A stretch of 64,000 nt of DNA from an uncultured Gammaproteobacteria bacterium (GTDB lineage Bacteria; Pseudomonadota; Gammaproteobacteria; Arenicellales; Arenicellaceae). Positions 1 through 10,246 of this stretch are shown here, one piece after another. Within the stretch, counting starts at the first letter, position 1, and the number at the start of each line of letters is the position of its first letter. Location: the NCBI GenBank assembly GCA_964531625.1, contig CAZHEL010000002.1, positions 87,559-151,558 of the forward strand, in the 5' to 3' direction. The notes under the pieces are model-generated. The model saw only the letters and a list, made by a program, of their open reading frames with translations. It was not told where the DNA came from and ran no database searches. The position numbers and the translations under genes were made by a program.

Positions 1-683
<683 letters not shown>

Positions 684-709
684 CTATGACTGTTGAGAAT
701 TAGTGGCTA

Positions 710-1156
710 CTAATCGCTTTGCTCAGCTAAATTATCTTCAACCAACAACCGCACTGCTCGCGCATAGCCTTGTTTACCAAGGCCAGATATTTGCGATACA
801 CAAACGTCACGGATCATTGAAATTTTGCGGAAATTTTCGCGCGCATGAATATCAGAAATATGCACTTCTATGGTAGGTATTTGACAGCCAGCAATTGCAT
901 CTCGCAGCGCTACTGAGTAATGAGTAAGACCACCTGGATTAATCACTACACCATTGGCGCTGTGCCTATGTTCTTGTAAAAAATCAATAATCTGTCCTTC
1001 GTGATTTGACTGATAGAACAGCAAATCAATATCTTGCGCCACTTCATGCGCAGCCAACCAATCACACACATCAGCTAGACTCTCATGTCCATAAATTTCG
1101 GGTTCGCGCTCTCCTAGAAGATTCAGATTAGGGCCGTTTATAATCAATATTTTCAC
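710..1156 (-). CDS. aroQ: 3-dehydroquinate dehydratase, type II
   Basis: 148 aa. MKILIINGPNLNLLGEREPEIYG and HISDIHARENFR are typical type II DHQase motifs. Confidence 0.93.
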   Translation of the reverse strand: MKILIINGPNLNLLGEREPEIYGHESLADVCDWLAAHEVAQDIDLLFYQSNHEGQIIDFLQEHRHSANGVVINPGGLTHYSVALRDAIAGCQIPTIEVHISDIHARENFRKISMIRDVCVSQISGLGKQGYARAVRLLVEDNLAEQSD

Positions 1157-1207
1157 ATTGCACCGTTATTTATTGTAAATACAACTTTGAATTACGCAAG
1201 CGTTGAA

Positions 1208-2311
1208 TTAAACAACCATGGATAGACTATCGATAATGTCGTCGTTAGTAACTTCGGTATTAACAATGCCGTTACCGATATCGTCAATCAAAATAAAATT
1301 AAGTTTGCCGTTAATATTCTTTTTGTCATGTGCGACCACAGACAACACCGCATCAGGCTCTACCGCACCTAGTTCAGGCAGGGCGAAACGATTAAGTATA
1401 CTAATGGCTCTTTCGAACTTAGCATCACTTATTAAGCCTTTCTTATGCGAAATAAAATTCGCGCATTTCATGCCATACAGCACCGCTTCACCGTGATAAA
1501 GCCCATCATAGGCTCGAATAGTTTCAAAAGCATGGCCGATAGTATGGCCAAAATTAAGTAAGCGTCGCTCACCATTTTCAAACTGATCATTGGATACGAT
1601 TTGCGCCTTAATGCGACAACTTTTAGCAATTATTTCGGTTAGCAGGTCTTGATCAGCCAATGACACTAAGTCATCGAACCTTGTTTCTATCGTGTCAAAG
1701 ATCGATTGATCACGAATAAACCCATACTTAATAGCTTCGGCCAAGGAAGAAACTACATTTCGTTCAGGCAAGGTCTGCAAGAAGCCTGGATCCACTAATA
1801 CCGCTTTAGGTTGATAAATTGCACCCACTAGATTTTTACCAGCGGCAAGATTAACGGCGGTCTTTCCCCCAATGGCAGAATCAATCATGGCCAACAAGGT
1901 AGTCGGAATTTGAATAAACGGTATGCCGCGCATATAAGTTGCTGCCGCAAAACCACCCAAGTCACCGACTACTCCACCGCCCAAGGCCAATAGCACTGAG
2001 GATCTGTCACAACCCAGTTGCACCATTTGAGTCCAAACATCCTCGGCATGCTTAATGTTCTTGGCCGACTCATCGCCAGGCACAACAATCGTGCTTATCT
2101 TATAACCGTTGCTTGATAGCTCGTCGATTACGGGTTGATACAAATCAAATATAGCCTGCTGGGTTAACACTACCCATTGCTGACCCTGATTCCATGGCTG
2201 CAACAGCTGCGCCAATGAATCGCGCAATTCATAGCCAACCCTAATGTCATAGGAATGTTCGGCTAACTGCAGAGGAATCACTTGGAACTTTTGCGAAATA
2301 GAAGTGCTCAT
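1208..2311 (-). CDS. aroB: 3-dehydroquinate synthase
   Basis: GGGVVGDLGGFAAATYMRGIPFIQIPTTLLAMIDSAIGGKTAVN and the HTIGHAFE motif. The track ORF opens with GTG at 2344; the ATG at 2309-2311 (MSTSISQKF) is the more likely start. Confidence 0.9.
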   Translation of the reverse strand: MSTSISQKFQVIPLQLAEHSYDIRVGYELRDSLAQLLQPWNQGQQWVVLTQQAIFDLYQPVIDELSSNGYKISTIVVPGDESAKNIKHAEDVWTQMVQLGCDRSSVLLALGGGVVGDLGGFAAATYMRGIPFIQIPTTLLAMIDSAIGGKTAVNLAAGKNLVGAIYQPKAVLVDPGFLQTLPERNVVSSLAEAIKYGFIRDQSIFDTIETRFDDLVSLADQDLLTEIIAKSCRIKAQIVSNDQFENGERRLLNFGHTIGHAFETIRAYDGLYHGEAVLYGMKCANFISHKKGLISDAKFERAISILNRFALPELGAVEPDAVLSVVAHDKKNINGKLNFILIDDIGNGIVNTEVTNDDIIDSLSMVV

Positions 2312-2341
2312 TTGATTAGTTTTCCAATCACTAGGGTTAGT

Positions 2342-2416
2342 CACCCTAAATGCCTAAATACTTAATGCCTAAAGCCCAACTACTTAAGCCCAACTATTTA
2401 AAGTCCGACTAATTAG
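2342..2416. repeat. degenerate 14-15 nt tandem repeats in the aroE-aroB spacer
   Basis: tgcctaaatacttaa / tgcctaaa / gcccaactacttaa (2374-2387) / gcccaactatttaaa (2388-2402) / gtccgactaattag (2403-2416). Confidence 0.7.
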
Positions 2417-2448
2417 AGAAAAGTTTAAGCTAATAAAATCGTTGTTGC

Positions 2449-3306
2449 CTATTTTATCGCTTTCTCAAGGTCTCTTGCTAGCGCATTCATATCGACATGC
2501 GCAACAATGTTTCCACCCATCCATATTTCAACGGAGTAAACTGCTTGAGCAACCAACATTTGTATGCCATTGACAATCGGCGAGCCTTGCGCTCCTGCCG
2601 ATTTTAAAAATGGTGTCGCGGTTGGGTTATAGACGAGATCAAACGCCAACATGTTATCACTGAATAATTCTTTACTTGCTTTAGCCGACAACGGAGACTC
2701 TTCGTTCGGGTTCATGCCTACAGAGGTAGTGTTAACTACACAATCCAAATGCTTTGATCGCGCGACTAATTTATCTTCATCGACTACCTTAACCTTTACA
2801 TCAGCGTTAACCGACAAAATAGTTTCTTTTAAAGCTTCGGCTCGCTCTGGAGTACGATTCAAAATAGATATTAATTTAGCTTCGCCATCTGCCAATACCG
2901 CGCCAATCGCTTGCGCACTTCCACCCGCACCTATGATAGCGAATTCATTACCTTGTATATCTACCTGCTGCTGGCGCAAGGAGTAATCAAAGCCCATTAA
3001 ATCCGTATTGTAACCGGTAAGAGTGTTGCCCACTCGGTTGACACAATTGACGGCATTTAAAAGCTTTGCTTTATTATCAACCTCATCCAGCATAGCGATA
3101 ACTGTACCCTTATGCGGAGTAGTGATATTCACACCATCAAAGCCGCCCACGCGAAAGCCCGAAAAGAAACTTTTTAGACGGTCCTCAGAAAGCTCCACAG
3201 CTCGATAGGACGCATCGTCAATTTCCAACTGACGATATATAGCCTTGTGTAACACTGGGCTGAGACTGTGCCCGAGAGGCTCACCCAATAACGCAAATCG
3301 TTTCAA
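2449..3306 (-). CDS. aroE: shikimate dehydrogenase
   Basis: GHSLSP, NITTPHK, GYNTD and IIGAGGSA are AroE family motifs. Confidence 0.88.
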   Translation of the reverse strand: MKRFALLGEPLGHSLSPVLHKAIYRQLEIDDASYRAVELSEDRLKSFFSGFRVGGFDGVNITTPHKGTVIAMLDEVDNKAKLLNAVNCVNRVGNTLTGYNTDLMGFDYSLRQQQVDIQGNEFAIIGAGGSAQAIGAVLADGEAKLISILNRTPERAEALKETILSVNADVKVKVVDEDKLVARSKHLDCVVNTTSVGMNPNEESPLSAKASKELFSDNMLAFDLVYNPTATPFLKSAGAQGSPIVNGIQMLVAQAVYSVEIWMGGNIVAHVDMNALARDLEKAIK

Positions 3307-3433
3307 ATTTAGTGCCTTTTAATGGTGTTCCATAAGAGAAAAAGAGCTTTGCATCTTATTGTAAATCAATAACTTACATCTATTTTTTAGCAATTGCAAA
3401 TCGCTCCTAACTACCCATAAGCGCTCAATAATA

Positions 3434-4498
3434 CTAAGCCGCGCTCGCTGTTCTTCTAGATCGTACCGCATTTGCAAGGTTACGGCAAAGCTCTTGGGTT
3501 TCGTCCCAAGCAATGCAACCATCAGTAATACTCTGCCCATAAGTCAATTCTTTACCTGCAACCACCTTCTGATTACCATGCACCAAATGCGACTCAATCA
3601 TCACGCCAAACACCCTATTCTCTCCGTCTTGCAACTGCAGGCAAACGTCATCACAAACCTCCACCTGACGGGCGGGTGTTTTAAAACTGTTGGCATGACT
3701 AAAATCAATCATAATATTTGCTGGTAAGCCTGCAGCTGTCAACATATCCGCCGCTTGTTGAACATGTGCGGCCGAATAATTTGGCTCATTATTGCCACCA
3801 CGCAAAATAATATGGGTATATTCATTGCCTGTGCTATTGAAAATAGCGGTGCGCCCTTGCTTAGTTACCGACAAAAAGTGATGAGCATTATTAGCAGCAC
3901 CAATGGCATCTACCGCTATCTTTAGATTGCCATTAGTGCCGTTTTTAAAGCCGACTGGACAAGAAAGACCCGATGCTAATTCACGATGGCACTGACTTTC
4001 AGTGGTACGTGCGCCGATCGCGCCCCATGAGACAACATCACCCACGTATTGCGGTGTAATCAGATCTAAATACTCACAACCAGCTGGCACACCCATCTCA
4101 TTGATTGATATCAATAAGTCACGAGCAATACCCAAGCCCTTGTTAACACTGTAACTATTGTCTAGATCTGGATCGTTTATAAGCCCCTTCCAACCTACTG
4201 TGGTGCGCGGTTTCTCAAAATACACACGCATAATCAGGACCAACTCTTCGGCGAGCTCTGCTTTTAGCTCGGCCAAACGACCCGCATATTCCAAGGCAGA
4301 TTTAGGATCATGTATTGAACATGGTCCTACTACCCCCACAATCCTATCGTCCTTACCAGACATAATGGCTTGGATTTCAGTGCGTGCTTTTGCTGTGGTA
4401 GCAATAGCCTGTTCAGTTATTGGGAATTGTTCGTGGATTTGCTCAGGTGAAATTAGCTCTTTGGTTTGAGCAATTCTTAGATCGTCCGTTACTATCAT
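3434..4498 (-). CDS. aroG: DAHP synthase, class I (AroG-like); feedback specificity not determinable
   Basis: 354 aa, near-colinear with E. coli AroG as I recall it: GPCSIHDP, RVYFEKPRTTVGWKGLINDP, GARTTESQ.HRELASGLSCPVGFKNGT, IDFSHANS. Confidence 0.93.
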   Translation of the reverse strand: MIVTDDLRIAQTKELISPEQIHEQFPITEQAIATTAKARTEIQAIMSGKDDRIVGVVGPCSIHDPKSALEYAGRLAELKAELAEELVLIMRVYFEKPRTTVGWKGLINDPDLDNSYSVNKGLGIARDLLISINEMGVPAGCEYLDLITPQYVGDVVSWGAIGARTTESQCHRELASGLSCPVGFKNGTNGNLKIAVDAIGAANNAHHFLSVTKQGRTAIFNSTGNEYTHIILRGGNNEPNYSAAHVQQAADMLTAAGLPANIMIDFSHANSFKTPARQVEVCDDVCLQLQDGENRVFGVMIESHLVHGNQKVVAGKELTYGQSITDGCIAWDETQELCRNLANAVRSRRTASAA

Positions 4499-4744
4499 TT
4501 TACTTTCTTATTTATTGGCTTAGCGGCAAATATTTTTTGTTAAGATGTTAGCTAAAATTAACTTATTCGACTGCTTGCTTTAAGTTAACTAAACCTACAT
4601 CCTCGAGGATGCTAATATAGCATATAGCCGTATAAAAAATCTTTTTAAAATCAAAGGGTGAATGTGAGTTTTTTAATATAATTTATCACTATGACCTATA
4701 AGTTAACCAAGGAACAATTAAGAATCTCTTAAACCATCGAATAA

Positions 4745-6904
4745 ATGACGGAAAACAATAGTTTAAACCTCTATCTAAACCCACAGCTCAGCCTGTTGTC
4801 GTTTAATGAGCGCGTGCTGAATATGGCACTTAGGGAAACCACACCGGTGCTTGAACGCCTAAAGTTCTTGTGTATTTTTAGTTCAAATTTAGATGAGTTC
4901 TTTGAAATCCGCGTTTCTGGTCTAAAAGCACAGGCGGCTAGCAATGTCTCCACCGAAGGCGTTGACGGACTCACACCGCAATTAGCCCTGCAACAAATTA
5001 GCGAACGAACCCACGAATTGGTAGATTTACAGTATCAAATACTCAACCAACAAGTGTTTCCAGAACTGGCTAAACACGGTATTGATTTTTTGAGTAAGGA
5101 TCGATGGTCTAGCAAACAGAAAAAGTGGTTAAAGGGTTATTTCAAACGTGAAATTCTACCTATCCTGACGCCGATTCGCTTAGACCCAGCACACCCTTTT
5201 CCGCTGACCATTAATAAAGGCTTAAGTATTGTGGTTGATTTGCATGACCCTGAGCGCGACGATGCACACAATATTGCAGTAGTTCCAGCACCTCGTGTGT
5301 TGCCACGCTTCATTCGTCTACCGGAAGAACTGTGCGAAAACGAATATGAATATGTGCATCTTGCGTCGATTATTCATGCCAATATCAAAAAACTTTTCTC
5401 TAATGTTACAGTATTGGGTTGTTACCAATTCAGAATAACCCGCAACAGTGATTTATACGTTGACTTAGAAGAAGTAGAAGATTTAGCACGCACTCTTGAA
5501 GGTGAGCTGCCGTCTAGACTTTATGGTGAGGCGATACGACTGGAAGTATCAAAAAACTGTCCAAAACGCATTACCGCGTTTCTCAAAGACCGATTTCAAC
5601 TACACGAGAACATGGTGTATCACGTCAATGGCCCGGTGAATTTAAACCGTTTAATCGGACTTCCTGACTTGGTTAACCGACCGACTCTGAAATACGCAAA
5701 TTACACCCCGTCAGTACCCGAGTATTTAGGTCATCAAAGTAATTTGTTTGACGCCATAAGCAACGGTGACATATTACTGCATCACCCATTTCAATCGTTT
5801 ACACCGGTTGTCGACTTTTTACGACAGGCTGCGCATGATCCAGAAGTTTTAGTGATTAAACAAACTTTGTATAGAACTGGTGCAGACTCAATTATAGTTG
5901 AACATCTAGCCGCGGCCGCGCAGTCGGGCAAAGAAGTAACAGTGGTTATCGAGCTAATGGCTAGGTTTGACGAACAGAACAATCTGACTACGGCTGAACG
6001 CTTACAAGCCGCTGGCGCGCACGTCGTTTACGGTTTAGTGGGTAAAAAAACTCACGCAAAAATGTTAATGATTGTGCGCCGTGAAAACGGCAAGCTGGTC
6101 AGATATGTGCATCTGGGTACAGGCAACTATCATCAAGGTAATACGCGTGTGTACACCGACTATGGCTTGCTGACCAAACACAAAGCCATTACTCAAGATG
6201 TGCATGAAATGTTTATGCAGTTAACTACGCAGGGACCAAACTCAGAGTTAAGCCGCTTACACCAATCTCCGTATGGAATCGCCGCGATGTTCGTTGAAAA
6301 ACTGCAACGTGAAGTTGCTAACGCCAAAGCTGGGCTGCCCGCCCGCGTGATCATTAAAGTCAATGGCTTGTCCAGCCCCGGCATTATTAACGAGTTATAC
6401 AAGGCCTCCCAAGTGGGTGTAAAAATCGACCTAATCGTACGTGGTATTTGTTGTTTACGCCCTGGACTACCCGGAGTATCGGACAACATCACCGTACGAT
6501 CATTGGTCGGGCGCTTTTTGGAACACGGGCGAGTATACTATTTCTTAAACAGCGCTGATGCGTCTAACGATGGTCAAGACGTTGAGCAGAGTTCACAACA
6601 AATACCGCAAGAGTTTCCTGAGGATATTTCCATCGATATGAACAAGTACGCTAACAGTGAATTGTTTATCTCTAGCGCTGATTTAATGCCACGCAATTTG
6701 CGTAACCGAATAGAACAATGCACTCCGATATTGGACAAACACATTAAGCATCAGATCATTAGCGAACTCGAGTTGTACTTGCTCGACAATAGTCTGGCGT
6801 GGCAAATGCAAGCCGATGGTCAATATTTAAAAACCTCGACTGATGGTGACGAGAGCTTTAATATCCAACAAACATTGTTAAGTCGCTTTACCGAGCAGCT
6901 CTAA
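4745..6904 (+). CDS. ppk: polyphosphate kinase 1
   Basis: 719 aa. N-terminal LSLLSFNERVL, the autophosphorylation-region KTHAKMLMIVRRE, and C-terminal RFLEH...SSADLMPRNL. Confidence 0.95.
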   Translation: MTENNSLNLYLNPQLSLLSFNERVLNMALRETTPVLERLKFLCIFSSNLDEFFEIRVSGLKAQAASNVSTEGVDGLTPQLALQQISERTHELVDLQYQILNQQVFPELAKHGIDFLSKDRWSSKQKKWLKGYFKREILPILTPIRLDPAHPFPLTINKGLSIVVDLHDPERDDAHNIAVVPAPRVLPRFIRLPEELCENEYEYVHLASIIHANIKKLFSNVTVLGCYQFRITRNSDLYVDLEEVEDLARTLEGELPSRLYGEAIRLEVSKNCPKRITAFLKDRFQLHENMVYHVNGPVNLNRLIGLPDLVNRPTLKYANYTPSVPEYLGHQSNLFDAISNGDILLHHPFQSFTPVVDFLRQAAHDPEVLVIKQTLYRTGADSIIVEHLAAAAQSGKEVTVVIELMARFDEQNNLTTAERLQAAGAHVVYGLVGKKTHAKMLMIVRRENGKLVRYVHLGTGNYHQGNTRVYTDYGLLTKHKAITQDVHEMFMQLTTQGPNSELSRLHQSPYGIAAMFVEKLQREVANAKAGLPARVIIKVNGLSSPGIINELYKASQVGVKIDLIVRGICCLRPGLPGVSDNITVRSLVGRFLEHGRVYYFLNSADASNDGQDVEQSSQQIPQEFPEDISIDMNKYANSELFISSADLMPRNLRNRIEQCTPILDKHIKHQIISELELYLLDNSLAWQMQADGQYLKTSTDGDESFNIQQTLLSRFTEQL

Positions 6905-6922
6905 TCTTAAGGGCCTAAGCCA

Positions 6923-8602
6923 CTAACTAAAACGCAGCGATAAACCTATCGCTTTTAGCCAATTTTGTTCTTGTCTTAAGTCAGCTTCGGTCAACGGATT
7001 CAGTCCTAACCAGCCTGCGTCGAATTCAAGCTGTAATTGTTGACCCTGAGCCTTGGCATTGATTTGTGAATTCAATTGACTGCCCCGTCCTCTGTGCAGC
7101 AGCACCGCTAGCCTTAAGATGATAGCCACTCGCTTAGCTGGCGTTACCAAATTTGATGGTAAATTCTCGAAATCGGCGATCGGGAATTTGCGTCGATGCC
7201 CACCAATAAGTGCCGCCAATAAAATTTGGTCGCGACGTGCAAAGCCGGCCATATCGGCATGTCCTATGAGGTAAGCCCCATGCTTGTGATACCCATCATG
7301 ACTCACTGACAAGCCCACTTCATGCAGTCGTGCCGACCAATCAAGCAGATTGGCAAACAACTCGTCATTTATATCCCAAGCCGTAGCAACCTGTTGGTAA
7401 ATCGAAACAGCCGTATCTCGAACGGTATTGCCATGACCGCTGTCCATGGCCCACTTACTCAACATAGCTGCCACCGTCACTTCTCGAATATCTTCGGCTG
7501 AAGAACGGCCAACTAAATCGTAGAGTACACCTTCACGCAGTGAAATATCTGAGACCGACATTTCTCGAATATCAAACAGCTCGAACAAGGCTACCAAAAT
7601 CGACAAACCGCCGGCAAAAACAGGTGCCCGATCCTTACTTAAGCCTAATAAATTAAGTTTATCAGTATGCCCCGCCTGGATCGCCCGATCCACCAAATCA
7701 GCCAGACCTTCGCGACGAATTCCGTCTTTCGATAAACCCCCTCGCACCATTATTTCAGCCAAAGACTTCATAGTCCCAGAACAACCAATTACCTGCGACC
7801 AACCCTGTAAGCGAAACTGCTTAACCACCGGTTGAATAGCTAATTCAGCAGCCAACGTAGCCTTATCAAACTGCTCTCTAGTTAGCTGTCCGTCGGCAAA
7901 AAACTGTTTACTTAACACCACACAACCGACTTCCAAGCTTTCTCGTTCGTGAGCGTTATCCCCTTTGCCTGCAATGATCTCAGTACTGCCACCCCCAATG
8001 TCGATGACCAGTCGTGAGTCGTCTTGTAACGCCGACCATTTTGAAACACCCAGATAGATTAAGCGCGCCTCTTCACGCCCGGCAATAATTTCAATACTAA
8101 AACCGAGCGCTTTTTCAGCTCGCTCTAAAAACAGATTCTTAGATTGCAGACGGCGTAACGCATTGGTTCCCACCACTCGAACATTGCTGGCGGGCAGGTC
8201 GCGCAATAATTGCCCAAACCGTTCTAAACAAGCTAAGGCACGCTCGGCCACCTCCTCAGACAAATAGCCATCCTTGTCTAAGCCAGCGGCCAGTCGAATG
8301 ACCTCTCGTTGTCTATCAATAACAACGAACTCGCCATGTTCATAGCGAGATAGTACCGAATGAAAACTGTTAGAGCCTAGGTCCACCGCAGCGTAACAAT
8401 TAGCCAGCGTATCGGCGTCCATTAAGGGCGCAATTGTTTGATCGTCAGACAAATCGGACAACACATGGTTTATATCCTCAGTCACATCCATATCGTCACT
8501 ATGACCAGTCAGATCAGTCACGTCGGTGCGTTTTGAGAGAAAATTAGAATTAGGCTTTGAATTGGTCAATTTACTTTGAAAATAACGCGTCTGAGCACTC
8601 AT
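6923..8602 (-). CDS. ppx: exopolyphosphatase (Ppx/GppA family)
   Basis: AAVDLGSNSFH and IDIGGGSTE ATPase-fold motifs, with a C-terminal HD-like region. The start is uncertain: ATG at 8602, 8491 or 8419. The 8602 start would give an unusually long N-terminal leader. Confidence 0.85.
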   Translation of the reverse strand: MSAQTRYFQSKLTNSKPNSNFLSKRTDVTDLTGHSDDMDVTEDINHVLSDLSDDQTIAPLMDADTLANCYAAVDLGSNSFHSVLSRYEHGEFVVIDRQREVIRLAAGLDKDGYLSEEVAERALACLERFGQLLRDLPASNVRVVGTNALRRLQSKNLFLERAEKALGFSIEIIAGREEARLIYLGVSKWSALQDDSRLVIDIGGGSTEIIAGKGDNAHERESLEVGCVVLSKQFFADGQLTREQFDKATLAAELAIQPVVKQFRLQGWSQVIGCSGTMKSLAEIMVRGGLSKDGIRREGLADLVDRAIQAGHTDKLNLLGLSKDRAPVFAGGLSILVALFELFDIREMSVSDISLREGVLYDLVGRSSAEDIREVTVAAMLSKWAMDSGHGNTVRDTAVSIYQQVATAWDINDELFANLLDWSARLHEVGLSVSHDGYHKHGAYLIGHADMAGFARRDQILLAALIGGHRRKFPIADFENLPSNLVTPAKRVAIILRLAVLLHRGRGSQLNSQINAKAQGQQLQLEFDAGWLGLNPLTEADLRQEQNWLKAIGLSLRFS

Positions 8603-8786
8603 TGTAGCCAAGTTCAAGATAAATCGCACTCGAAACCTGAATAGCAAAACTGTTAGCTCATCAGCGTAGATAGTTCGCACTAATCCATTGAATAAATATT
8701 AAATATTAGGTGAAATCACTTGAGTTTATGAGCAACCTTCCTTAAAGTCCCGCGTAGATTTTTCAAAGCCATGAGCACTTACAAGC

Positions 8787-9425
8787 ATGTTAAATACAAC
8801 AATTACCAAAATAGCTATCCAAGCAGCAGCCTTGTTGGCGATCGGTATAGCGGCATCGACTAGCGCACAGGCAGCCGACGCTGCTCGCGGAGAAAAAATA
8901 GCGCAAACTTGTTTGGGTTGCCACGGTGCCCCAGGGCTACGTAATCCGGGACCTGTGTACGCAATCCCGATGGTCGGTGGCCAACATGCTGAATATATTG
9001 TGTTAGCACTGCAGGCGTATAAAAACAAAACCCGCGGTCATCAAACAATGCAAGCGCAGGCAGCCAACCTATCCGACCAAGATATGCAAGATATAGCCGC
9101 ATTCTTTGCTGCTATGGAAGGCAACTCTAGACCGGGCAATGTAAATCAAACCAAAGCCGAGCGAGGAAAACAAAAATCAGTAGCCTGTGCCTCATGTCAT
9201 GGTCAAAATGGCGATGCGCCCACTACCGCATTTCCTAAATTAGCCGGTCAATACGAAAGCTACCTAGTACAAACGCTTAAAGATTACCGTTCAGCCGATC
9301 GCGAAAATGCGATTATGGCGGGCTTTTCTGGTACGTTGAGTATTACCGACATTGAAGACTTATCGGCTTGGTTTGCAAGTCAGCAAGGCGGTCTATCAGC
9401 GCCACAGAGTGTTATTTTTAAGTAG
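8787..9425 (+). CDS. dihaem cytochrome c4
   Basis: Signal peptide ending AQA. Two CxxCH sites (CLGCHG, CASCHG), each followed by a distal Met region; ~200 aa. Confidence 0.85.
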   Translation: MLNTTITKIAIQAAALLAIGIAASTSAQAADAARGEKIAQTCLGCHGAPGLRNPGPVYAIPMVGGQHAEYIVLALQAYKNKTRGHQTMQAQAANLSDQDMQDIAAFFAAMEGNSRPGNVNQTKAERGKQKSVACASCHGQNGDAPTTAFPKLAGQYESYLVQTLKDYRSADRENAIMAGFSGTLSITDIEDLSAWFASQQGGLSAPQSVIFK

Positions 9426-9453
9426 TTTTCCTAATAACTGTTGAAGTATCAGT

Positions 9454-9492
9454 ACAGTAACTCAATACGGTAACTTACTTTCGGTAAGAACG
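9454..9492. repeat. about 3 x 13-nt tandem units downstream of cytochrome c4
   Basis: acagtaactcaat / acggtaacttact / ttcggtaagaacg. Confidence 0.45.
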
Positions 9493-9670
9493 TGTCGAAC
9501 ATCGTGCTATTGATTAAGTACTTTATCCATTATTGCTATATTCACCTCACTATTTGTCCAGCAAAAACAAATAAATCATAAATATTTGTCATCTGCGCTG
9601 ATGGCATTTGACAAAGCCGTTCAGGATGTTAAAAATAGCTATTTTATAGCAGTACATCTTAATTTCATTT

Positions 9671-10108
9671 ATGGAGCCATTCATGATCAAGCTTAAACAA
9701 ACAGTTATCACTACATTCCTAATCGCAACGGTAGCGGGACAAGCGTATGCTCAAGATATCGCAAAGGAAGCCACGCAAGCGGTAGCCGGCGATGCCGTTG
9801 AAATTGCTATCCCTGAGGCCGTCGCTGGATGCGAATTGCCGACTGCTCCAATTATTCCTGATGGCAATGTGGCCAGCCAAGATGAGCTACTTGCAGCACA
9901 AAGAGCCATGAAAGATTTTCAAGGATTGTTAGTAGGATATCGCGGATGCTTAGATGAAGGTGTTGCGACTCTAGATTTGGAAACTGAAGAAGGCCTTGCC
10001 GCGCAAGCCGCCAGTCATGGACTGCATGATCGCTCTGTCGATACCGAAGAAGCCATTGCAGAACAATTTAATCTAGCGGTACGTGCTTTTAAAGCTAAGG
10101 CCAATTAA
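9671..10108 (+). CDS. hypothetical secreted/periplasmic protein
   Basis: Signal peptide (IATVAGQAYAQ), two Cys residues and no family I can name. The gene is followed by a very strong terminator. The start may be the ATG at 9683. Confidence 0.6.
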   Translation: MEPFMIKLKQTVITTFLIATVAGQAYAQDIAKEATQAVAGDAVEIAIPEAVAGCELPTAPIIPDGNVASQDELLAAQRAMKDFQGLLVGYRGCLDEGVATLDLETEEGLAAQAASHGLHDRSVDTEEAIAEQFNLAVRAFKAKAN

Positions 10109-10125
10109 TCGCTAGGTCCAACAAT

Positions 10126-10169
10126 AGACATAAAAAAGCCCAGCATTTTCGCTGGGCTTTTTTATGTCT
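10126..10169. terminator. bidirectional rho-independent terminator
   Basis: Perfect 19-bp inverted repeat agacataaaaaagcccagc / gctgggcttttttatgtct with a 6-nt loop. The GC core is flanked by A6 and T6, and it lies between convergent genes. Confidence 0.85.
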
Positions 10170-10246
10170 GCAATTTATGTTTGCAACTATCAACAAAACA
10201 TTTGTTAATTTTAAAGAGGCTGTTTAATTCTATACAAACTGGGCGC

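Noticed and set aside
3319-3540. 73-aa ORF in and overlapping the DAHP synthase / aroE junction
   Set aside because: It overlaps the 3' end of the DAHP synthase gene in another frame. It has no SD sequence and no motifs.
4158-4469. Antisense ORF sharing PFQPTVVRGFSKYTRI with another antisense ORF at 14911-15276, which looked like a conserved small-protein family
   Set aside because: Both are the reverse-complement reading of the invariant RVYFEKPRTTVGWKGL block of the two DAHP synthase paralogues. The conservation is inherited from the sense strand.
8726-9102. Minus-strand ORFs (100 aa and 80 aa) overlapping the start of the cytochrome c4 gene
   Set aside because: They are antisense to a gene with a signal peptide and two CxxCH sites, and have no support of their own.
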